This document shows positions 55,390 to 62,336 of a stretch of DNA of 64,000 nt, one piece after another (position 1 is the first letter of the stretch; every line of letters starts with the position of its first letter). The stretch is taken from the NCBI GenBank assembly GCA_900315675.1, contig OMZY01000013.1, forward strand, positions 700 to 64,699, in the 5' to 3' direction. Position numbers and translations under genes: made by a program. The stretch comes from an uncultured Eubacteriales bacterium (lineage in GTDB: Bacteria; Bacillota; Clostridia; Christensenellales; Aristaeellaceae). The notes under the pieces are model-generated. The model worked only from the letters and a program-made list of their open reading frames with translations, was not told the origin of the DNA and did not search any database.

Positions 55390-57223
55390 AGATTTCAGAA
55401 ATGCCCTGGGGCAACCGGATGAATACTTCCGGCAGTCCGTCATTGATACACTGGACCAGCTGAATATGCAGGCGGAAAAGGAAAAGCGCCCGCAGAGAAG
55501 GTTTCCCGCCCGGCTCGTGTGCACTTTCGCCGCCCTGGCGCTGGCAATCACCGGCCTGTTCCTGTCCGGAGTGCACATTCCCGGCATTCCGACCGAAAGC
55601 TCTGTGGACGCAATCCGGCCGACGCCCACCGTTGCCACGCAGCTGACCGCCGACCAGCCGTCAGCGGCCGCCGCAGACCAGGCCGTATCCCGGATTCCTT
55701 TTGTGGAAACAGAGCTGGCTACCCTGACCATCCGCAACCCAAAGATCATCGGCTCCCATATTAAACTGCAGGTTGAAGTGATGCCCAAAGCCGAGAAGAC
55801 TCTGGCCCTGAACTGGAGTATTCATCCTTATACCGACCGTGTGACAAAAATCGGAAAAACCCCGGATTACGCGGGGCAGTCCATCATGCAATGGGCCAAC
55901 GATCATGGCTATACGCTTCTCCGCGTCGTCTTTGGCAATGCGTTTGAACCTGAGATTCCCGGAGTTTTACCCGACATTGATCCTCCAAAGACAGGAACTA
56001 TCCAAGCGCCCGCTTTTGATTCCATTTTCATTGATCAGTCAACCTATGAAGACAGCGGCGCTACGGTTATCACAGTCTCCGGTGATACGCTTCCGGACAC
56101 CATGGATTACATGCTTGGTTTTGTCCTGCAGACCTGGGACAATACAAAAACAGATTATCGCGATTATGAGAACGCCTTCCATTCGGACGGCCAGATCTTC
56201 GGGAATATTCCTTTCAGGACTGAAGCAGAGATCATCGAGACCGTCGCCCTGTACACCTCCCATCCCCATCCGTTCAAAAGCGATTCAGATCTTGAGTACA
56301 CTGCCGCATTCTATAAAACCACCTACGGTGAATATATGGAGGTTCGCACAAATGACCTTTCCCTCACCGACACATTTAAATCGTACAACCTGTATCTGAT
56401 GAGCCAGCTTTCCAGCCACCAGTTCCTCGTTCTTTATGATTTCTGGGCTACGAGGGTTTATCCCGATTCAGCGAACATCGATTCGCCTCTGGAGAGCGAA
56501 TGCTATCAGACGGAAGACGGCTGGCTCGTCGTCAGATGTCCCTGTGTGATATCCGAACTTCCGGATATGCTCGATCTGGATGTTGGAACAAGTCACTGCA
56601 ACCTCATAAAGGTTGAATCCGGCTGGAACAACTGGGGCGAAGAAATTGACCGGAGCACAGTAATCAGCACGGGCCCGGAAAACAACACATTGGAAACGGA
56701 ACTGGCCGACCTGAAGCTTCTGCAGGCTGAAACCGATGACCAGGGTCTCCTCTTCTCCTTTGCGGTTTCTCCCCGGCAGGATCACATCCTGGTAATCGGT
56801 ACAGATATCAATCCGGAAATAAATTCACCGACAAAAATCGGCCTGACTCCTGACCGCGCCGGCCAGACAATCGCCGAATGGGCTTTGAAACACGGCTATG
56901 ACCAGGTTATGGCCATCGATCTCTTCTCCCCGTCTGTCGAAGAATGCCCCACCCGGGACGCAAAATGCCGTACCGCGATCAGGGCCGCCGGGCAGGACGG
57001 TTCCGCCATCCTGGATGTACGCGGCAGCATTCTGGCCGATAAAGCGCTGTATGATCTGTGCTGCACCATTTCAGTCAGTAACTTGGCCGGCCATTATACA
57101 TACACCGATGACGGTGCAGGCGGTTCAGGCACGACTTTCACCGCAACATATACCCAGGATGCGCATACTTTCCTGAAGGTTTCCGTTCCCGGCGGAGAGG
57201 AAACGCCTGTCACCCGTAACTGA
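55376..57223 (+). CDS. Single-TM putative anti-sigma factor (615 aa) with a duplicated extracellular domain
   Basis: N-terminus MKRNEDFRNALG resembles MKKAEDFRKAFG of 16869-20648; TM; two copies of ETELA.L...TKIG.TPD.AGQ.I..WA..HGY. Confidence 0.7.
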   Translation: MKRNEDFRNALGQPDEYFRQSVIDTLDQLNMQAEKEKRPQRRFPARLVCTFAALALAITGLFLSGVHIPGIPTESSVDAIRPTPTVATQLTADQPSAAAADQAVSRIPFVETELATLTIRNPKIIGSHIKLQVEVMPKAEKTLALNWSIHPYTDRVTKIGKTPDYAGQSIMQWANDHGYTLLRVVFGNAFEPEIPGVLPDIDPPKTGTIQAPAFDSIFIDQSTYEDSGATVITVSGDTLPDTMDYMLGFVLQTWDNTKTDYRDYENAFHSDGQIFGNIPFRTEAEIIETVALYTSHPHPFKSDSDLEYTAAFYKTTYGEYMEVRTNDLSLTDTFKSYNLYLMSQLSSHQFLVLYDFWATRVYPDSANIDSPLESECYQTEDGWLVVRCPCVISELPDMLDLDVGTSHCNLIKVESGWNNWGEEIDRSTVISTGPENNTLETELADLKLLQAETDDQGLLFSFAVSPRQDHILVIGTDINPEINSPTKIGLTPDRAGQTIAEWALKHGYDQVMAIDLFSPSVEECPTRDAKCRTAIRAAGQDGSAILDVRGSILADKALYDLCCTISVSNLAGHYTYTDDGAGGSGTTFTATYTQDAHTFLKVSVPGGEETPVTRN

Positions 57224-57575
57224 TCCGCGCCGTTCCCGCCCCGGTGTCAACGGTGCACTCATAGCGGAACTGCCCGCCCTCAAAAGAACACTTTACCTCC
57301 CGGACGTCCACGACGCCGGGAGTTTTTCTGATATAGTCCGAAAGATAATTGGCCAGGATCTGCCGGTCCGTTTCCGTCAGTCGGGATTCCCTCAGCAGCT
57401 CCAGGATGCCGTTTCCCCACTCGGGATTCTCCCACCAGTCGCCGGTCAGCAGGTTCAGCCGGTCCCGGATCAGCTGCGTTTCCGCCCGGATGCCCGTCAG
57501 CAGGTCAGCAGCCGAAAGTACCGGCAGGATATCGCCGGAAGTGTCCGCAGGACGATAAGTTAATTCATAATTCAT
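57210..57575 (-). CDS. Baseplate wedge/gp25-like protein (DUF2634-like)
   Basis: YRPADTSGDIL...RLNLLTGDWWENPEWG...IRKTPGVVDV; position between spike and baseplate J. Confidence 0.75.
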   Translation of the reverse strand: MNYELTYRPADTSGDILPVLSAADLLTGIRAETQLIRDRLNLLTGDWWENPEWGNGILELLRESRLTETDRQILANYLSDYIRKTPGVVDVREVKCSFEGGQFRYECTVDTGAGTARISYG

Positions 57576-57585
57576 AATTCACAAT

Positions 57586-58008
57586 TCATAATGAATAGTT
57601 TGCTGCCGCTTCCGGCGTGCTTGTAAAGCGCGGTTTGAAGCCTATGAACGCGAAGGCGTCTGACAGCGAATGCTGCCTGCCGGAGCGGGGGATCTCCGCT
57701 TCCCCGGTTTCGAGCCAGGCGTCAATATCGCAGTCGGCAAAAATCAGCAGGCAGGCGTCCCCCGGATTCACCTCAAAGGGAACGGGCATAAACACGGGCA
57801 CGTCCCGTAAAAGCGGAAGCGCGCAGGCGTCTTTTCCCGGGCCGGACCCCGTCCGCCGTTTCAGTGCCGGGCGGATCGCGGCGGTTTGGGTTTCCGGATC
57901 GAATGCCTCCACCGTCCCCGGCAGCGCGCAGTGAAGTGCGGAGAGGATCTCCCTTTTCAGCGCCCCGATTCCGGAAGGAAACCCCTCTGTTTCAGTCGAA
58001 TTATTCAT
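57586..58008 (-). CDS. Gp138-like baseplate spike N-terminal domain, apparently C-terminally truncated
   Basis: HCALPGTVEAFDPETQTAAIRP...DVPV...GDACLLIFADCDIDAW...HSLSDAFAFIG, then stop about 15 aa later inside a repeat tract. Confidence 0.8.
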   Translation of the reverse strand: MNNSTETEGFPSGIGALKREILSALHCALPGTVEAFDPETQTAAIRPALKRRTGSGPGKDACALPLLRDVPVFMPVPFEVNPGDACLLIFADCDIDAWLETGEAEIPRSGRQHSLSDAFAFIGFKPRFTSTPEAAANYSL

Positions 58009-58051
58009 TCTGTCACCTCGGTAAATCAATTTTGCAAGGGAGACTTGATCT

Positions 58052-58603
58052 TTGAAACTGCTGATTGCTTCGGATATCCACGGCTCCGCCCTGTACTGCG
58101 GCGAGCTGCTGAAAGCTTATGACCGGGAGAAGGCGGACCGGCTTCTCCTGCTGGGAGACGTTCTGTATCACGGTCCACGCAACGATCTGCCCGACGGCTA
58201 TGCCCCCAAGGAGGTCATTCCCATGCTGAACGCGCGGAAGAATGACCTCCTGTGCATCCGGGGAAACTGCGACACGGAAGTGGACCAGATGGTGCTGGAT
58301 TTCCCCCTGATGGCGGACTACGCCCTGCTGTGCGTTGACAATCTCCGGATCTACGCCACCCACGGCCATGTTTTCAACCCGGACCGCCTGCCGCCGCTGC
58401 AGCCGGGAGACATCCTGCTCTACGGTCACACCCACATCCCCGCCTGGGACAAAAAGGACGGCGTCCTGTGCCTGAATCCCGGCTCCGTCTCCATCCCGAA
58501 GGCCGGGTCAGAAAGGGGCTACATGTTACTGGAAGATGGAGTGTTCAGTTGGAAAACGCTGTGCGGAAGCATTGTTCACGAGGAACAATGTTCCGCACAA
58601 TGA
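58052..58603 (+). CDS. yfcE: Calcineurin-like phosphodiesterase YfcE
   Basis: IASDIHGS, LGDVLYHGPRNDLP, IRGNCDTEVDQMVL, THGH, GHTH, NPGSVSIPK. Confidence 0.92.
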   Translation: MKLLIASDIHGSALYCGELLKAYDREKADRLLLLGDVLYHGPRNDLPDGYAPKEVIPMLNARKNDLLCIRGNCDTEVDQMVLDFPLMADYALLCVDNLRIYATHGHVFNPDRLPPLQPGDILLYGHTHIPAWDKKDGVLCLNPGSVSIPKAGSERGYMLLEDGVFSWKTLCGSIVHEEQCSAQ

Positions 58604-58700
58604 ATTATTGAGCCGCAAACGGCTCAATATGAATTATTTGCCTGCGGCAAATATGAATTATCCCTCTGCGAGTGATATGAATTATTCACCTTCGGTGAAT
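58600..58700 (+). repeat. Mini-array: four ATGAATTAT repeats separated by short hairpin spacers
   Basis: Repeats at 58600, 58629, 58653, 58677; spacers 20, 15, 15 and 15 nt, mostly self-complementary. Confidence 0.85.
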
Positions 58701-58768
58701 GTTTTATAATCTTCTCCCGCCAGGATTTGCGGCCGCAGTATTAATTCTGAATTCTTAATTCTGAATTC

Positions 58769-59557
58769 TTAATTCTGCATTTGCCTCTGCCAATCCGCCT
58801 TCAGGCTGATCAGCAGCATGCTTTCCCATTTTCCGTTCAGCGTATCAATATCCATCCTGCGTTCTGTGACGAGTCCCTCCGCGGACCCGTCTTTCCATTT
58901 GACGGAGATTCTTTCCCCCACCGGCCAGCCGGTCACGGTGGTCCGCAGGATCATCTGCCCGTCCGTGAAGGAAGGAGCGTCGATCAGGTCCCGTTCCGTC
59001 AGATACAGGATCACCGGCAGGCCTTCCGCCGGGATCACCCGCAGGCCGGCCGGGCTGAGGCAGGCCCGGGCAGGTACAGCGGAGAGCGCCTCCTCCGCGC
59101 ATTCCGCCGCCCGGCCGTAAAAGGCCTGGCCCCGGGTGCGGACAGGATCCGGCCCCGGAAAGGCCAGGAGGGAGATCCCCATTCCGGAAGCGGCCAGGAT
59201 CCTCCGCAGGGTTTCCGAAACAGAAACGCCGGCTTCCACCGACAGGGAGACCGGCGCTTCCCACAGGGGAAGGCCCGGGGAAAAGACTACCTCCGTCAGG
59301 GTTCCCTCCGGCACAGTCCGCCGCAGCACCGCCGACACCCGTCCCCAGGCCAGCAGGGATCCGTCCCGCAGGACCGAAAGATTCCTTGCGGCGTACAGCA
59401 GCCCGGTTCCGGAATCCGGCAGGTTCAGAAGCCGCAGCGTATAGGGCAGCGGCAAAAGGCCCAGGGCTTCCCGGCCCGTCAGGCGCGCATAACAAAAACC
59501 GGTCACCTGTTCCCCGTCCGCCAGAACGGTCAGTGACCGGAAAAGATTCTTTTCCAT
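58769..59557 (-). CDS. Putative baseplate hub protein
   Basis: LRLLNLP...VSLSVEAGVSVSETLRRI...FYGRAAEC...LIDAP; syntenic slot between plug and spike; call rests mainly on position. Confidence 0.6.
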   Translation of the reverse strand: MEKNLFRSLTVLADGEQVTGFCYARLTGREALGLLPLPYTLRLLNLPDSGTGLLYAARNLSVLRDGSLLAWGRVSAVLRRTVPEGTLTEVVFSPGLPLWEAPVSLSVEAGVSVSETLRRILAASGMGISLLAFPGPDPVRTRGQAFYGRAAECAEEALSAVPARACLSPAGLRVIPAEGLPVILYLTERDLIDAPSFTDGQMILRTTVTGWPVGERISVKWKDGSAEGLVTERRMDIDTLNGKWESMLLISLKADWQRQMQN

Positions 59558-59561
59558 GCTC

Positions 59562-59951
59562 TTATATATTCGTATACTCCGATACGTCCAGGCCGATCCG
59601 GCTCATGGCGTCCCTCAGTCCCGGAAGGATTTCCTCCCGGTCGAATTCCGCCCTGGCCAGGAATTCATCATCCTTGCTGTTCACATGATCGTAGAACTGC
59701 AGGATCAGGAGCCCCAGCGCGTCCTTTGCCATGCCGGAGGTTTCGATGATATCAAACAGCCGGTCCTCCGCGGCGTTGATTTCGCCCTTGTCCACCATCT
59801 CCAGCAGGAGATCGTTGCTGCCCCTGAATTCATCTCCCAGGGCAATGAACACTTCCTCTGAATTCAGTTTTTTGCCGAAAAGGATTACCGCCAGCATCTG
59901 GGTGATGCCGTAGATCATGCGCATGATGTAGTCCTTTTCGTAAATAAACAT
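59562..59951 (-). CDS. DUF6483-like hypothetical protein (non-phage, inserted)
   Basis: EKDYIMRMI...GEINAAEDRLF...FYDHVN...FL...EFDREEI. Confidence 0.7.
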   Translation of the reverse strand: MFIYEKDYIMRMIYGITQMLAVILFGKKLNSEEVFIALGDEFRGSNDLLLEMVDKGEINAAEDRLFDIIETSGMAKDALGLLILQFYDHVNSKDDEFLARAEFDREEILPGLRDAMSRIGLDVSEYTNI

Positions 59952-60055
59952 ATTCATCCGCTCCGTTTCAGATTGCAATGCAATTGTACAACAAGGAAAG
60001 GCAATTCTCAATTCATAATTCAGAATGATTATATCCCATGACGCAATGCGGGAAT

Positions 60056-60121
60056 GTGACAGAGGGACAGACCAACTGTCACGGCTAAAGGCTGTGTACA
60101 GTTGATCTGTCCCTCTGTCAC
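60056..60121. repeat. REP-like long hairpin
   Basis: GTGACAGAGGGACAGA...TCTGTCCCTCTGTCAC with inner CAACTGT/ACAGTTG stem. Confidence 0.8.
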
Positions 60122-60151
60122 GTTCCGTTTCTGCGCTTTGCTGTCTCCAGA

Positions 60152-60196
60152 TGTCATCCTGAGCAAGGGCGCTTGCGCCCGCGTCGAAGGATCTCC
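60152..60196 (-). repeat. REP-like GAGATCCTTCGAC...CTCAGGATGACA element overlapping the 3' end of the plug gene
   Basis: Reverse complement matches the 1906/1983/9262 family and supplies the gene's TGA. Confidence 0.75.
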
Positions 60197-60597
60197 CCCG
60201 CCGCAGCGGATAATTGTTCATTTGGCATCGTCAGAGACGATGCCATTCCCCACAGCAAACAGAAGTCTGTTATCGTGCCTTTCGCCGGATCCAGGCTGGA
60301 CGGTTCCCCGCCGTCCCTCAGGCAGATCAGCGATCCCACACCCTTGCCGTTCCGCAGATGGCGGAAGGGCAGGAGCAGGTCATTGATTTCTCCCCGGGAG
60401 CAGATCAGCGGGATCATGTTCACCAGCAGTTCTCCCGCCGCGTGATCCCACAGCGAGAAAAACCACTGGTCCGCCGCGGGCAGGTACCGGATCTCAATCT
60501 GCGCCTGGAAAGGTTCTCCGCTTATCTCCGCGCCGAAGGTCATCACCTGGCGGGTCGCGGAAGTCAGAGGAAGCTGATAGAACAATTCATAATTCAT
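60154..60597 (-). CDS. Phage baseplate plug-like protein (DUF6983-like)
   Basis: YQLPLT...QVMTF...IRYLPAADQWFFSLWD..GELLVNMIPLI...NDLL.PF. Confidence 0.7.
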   Translation of the reverse strand: MNYELFYQLPLTSATRQVMTFGAEISGEPFQAQIEIRYLPAADQWFFSLWDHAAGELLVNMIPLICSRGEINDLLLPFRHLRNGKGVGSLICLRDGGEPSSLDPAKGTITDFCLLWGMASSLTMPNEQLSAAAGEILRRGRKRPCSG

Positions 60598-60669
60598 AAT
60601 TCATAATGATTTCAGTCATAACGCAACGGATCATCCTTTGCGTGAAGGTTTCTTCCGGGCTGCCGCGGG

Positions 60670-61188
60670 TCACAGGCGGGACAGGATCAGCCTTGCCGCT
60701 TCCCCCGTCAGGCGGAGCACATTGCCGGTGAAGCCGGTATGTTCCCGGGTGGAGGAATTGTCATTGGTTTTCACGCTGCCGGCGTTTTTCCCGTCGGCCG
60801 GCACATACTGGGTGAAGGACAGGCTGCCGCTCCAGCCGCACTGGTTCTCCTCATCCTGCGTCGCCGTGATTTCCGTCAGCAACATATTGGAGTAGGTGCC
60901 CATGGAGGTGACCACGCCGCACAGCACCCGCCGGCTCTTCAGGGAGGCCATGGCCGCCAGCATATGGGCGGACCAGCCGGGCATATGCTCGGCGTCCGTT
61001 TCGATGACCGTGAGCGTCACCCGGTCCGGCTGGTTTCGCGCCCCGTTGATCAGTTCCGCCTCCTGCGAAGCGGTGCTGCCCAGGGTCAGCGACAGGCTGT
61101 GCTCAATGGAAGTCACGCCGGTAAAATGCCAGGCGCAGGAATCTCCGTTCACCCGGGCGGTCACATAGGCGGCGGACGCGGCGTTCAT
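60670..61188 (-). CDS. Dit-like distal tail/baseplate protein
   Basis: WHFTGVTSIEHS...NQPDRVTLTV...VVTSMGTYSNMLLTEITATQD...SLSFTQ; first phage gene after tape measure. Confidence 0.7.
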   Translation of the reverse strand: MNAASAAYVTARVNGDSCAWHFTGVTSIEHSLSLTLGSTASQEAELINGARNQPDRVTLTVIETDAEHMPGWSAHMLAAMASLKSRRVLCGVVTSMGTYSNMLLTEITATQDEENQCGWSGSLSFTQYVPADGKNAGSVKTNDNSSTREHTGFTGNVLRLTGEAARLILSRL

Positions 61189-61211
61189 GGTTTTCCCTCC
61201 TTCCGGGCATC

Positions 61212-61235
61212 AAAAAAGGCCTGCCGCAGCAGGCC
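61212..61235 (-). terminator. Intrinsic terminator between antiporter and Dit-like gene
   Basis: GGCCTGC-TGCG-GCAGGCC-TTTTTT on minus strand. Confidence 0.75.
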
Positions 61236-61262
61236 AAAGAACGAAAGGAAGACCCTCCGTTC

Positions 61263-62228
61263 TCACCTTGCAAACTGGAAAATGCAGAAGGCCGCGTAAA
61301 CGCACAGCAGGCAGATGCCCTGGGGCCGTGTCAGCTTTTCACGCTTCAGCGCGGGCAGGGTCATAAAGGCCATGACGAAGAACATCACGGGGATGTCCAC
61401 GGCCAGTGAAACCGGAACCCCGAACACGGTGTTTGTCGCCGGTACGGCAAACGGGGAAAGGGTGGTGCTCAGACCGGAAACCAGCACCAGGTTGAACAGG
61501 TTCGCGCCCACGATATTGCCCAGGCTTAAGGCGCTGTGTCCCTTGCGCAGGGCGGTGATGGCCGTGACCAGCTCCGGCAGGCTCGTGCCCAGGGCCACAA
61601 AGGTCAGGGCAATGACAGTTTCCGGTACGCCCATGGCATGAGCGATTTTCGTTCCGTTATCCACCAGCAGCCTCGCGCCGACGGCAATGGCCGCCGCGCC
61701 GGCAACCAGCATGAGCATGGTTTTCCAGAGGGGACTGTCCTTGTAGTCCTCCGCCCGGTCCTCTTTTCCGAAGCCGTGCCGCTTGCCGGACCAGACGGTA
61801 TAGCCGATGTAGAACGCGAACACCAGCAGCAGGGCGATGCCCGCCAGCCGGGTGAAGTAGCGGTCGATGTAGGCGTTCAGCGCGTAGAAAACCGCCGCGG
61901 CGAAGAAGAAAACCACCGGGGTGCGGAAGGTACGCCTGTCCACCGTACAGGGCCGGATCGCGAAGGTGATTGCCGAGATCAGCGCTGTGTTGCAGATGAT
62001 GCTGCCGATGGCGTTTCCGTAGGCAATTTCACTGTGGCCGCTGAGGGCGCCGGTTGCTGAAACCAGCACCTCCGGCAGGGTTGTTCCGATGGAAACCACC
62101 GTCGCGCCGATGATCAGCTCCGGTACATGGAAGCGGCGCGCCAGATCGCTGGATCCGTCCACAAACCAGTCTCCGCCTTTGATCAGCAGGACCAGTCCGA
62201 GAATAAACAATAAAACCGGTACAAGCAT
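61263..62228 (-). CDS. Calcium/sodium antiporter (CaCA family; non-phage, inserted)
   Basis: Two alpha repeats GTTLPEVLVS and GTSLPELVTA; GNAIGSIICN, GNIVGANLFN. Confidence 0.92.
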   Translation of the reverse strand: MLVPVLLFILGLVLLIKGGDWFVDGSSDLARRFHVPELIIGATVVSIGTTLPEVLVSATGALSGHSEIAYGNAIGSIICNTALISAITFAIRPCTVDRRTFRTPVVFFFAAAVFYALNAYIDRYFTRLAGIALLLVFAFYIGYTVWSGKRHGFGKEDRAEDYKDSPLWKTMLMLVAGAAAIAVGARLLVDNGTKIAHAMGVPETVIALTFVALGTSLPELVTAITALRKGHSALSLGNIVGANLFNLVLVSGLSTTLSPFAVPATNTVFGVPVSLAVDIPVMFFVMAFMTLPALKREKLTRPQGICLLCVYAAFCIFQFAR

Positions 62229-62336
62229 GTTTATCTCCTCCTGACCGGAAGATTATAACACACTCTCGCGGAATCTTGGGAACCGCTTTGAGAAAATAGC
62301 GGGGGCTATTCCGTCGAAAACCGCAAAATAGATTTT

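Noticed and set aside
58600-58700. CRISPR array
   Set aside because: Repeats are only 9 bp, spacers are 15-20 nt and palindromic, and there are no cas genes; kept as a non-CRISPR mini-array.
59952-60221. N-terminal extension of the DUF6483 ORF
   Set aside because: Reads through REP-like and heptamer repeats; a spurious open frame.
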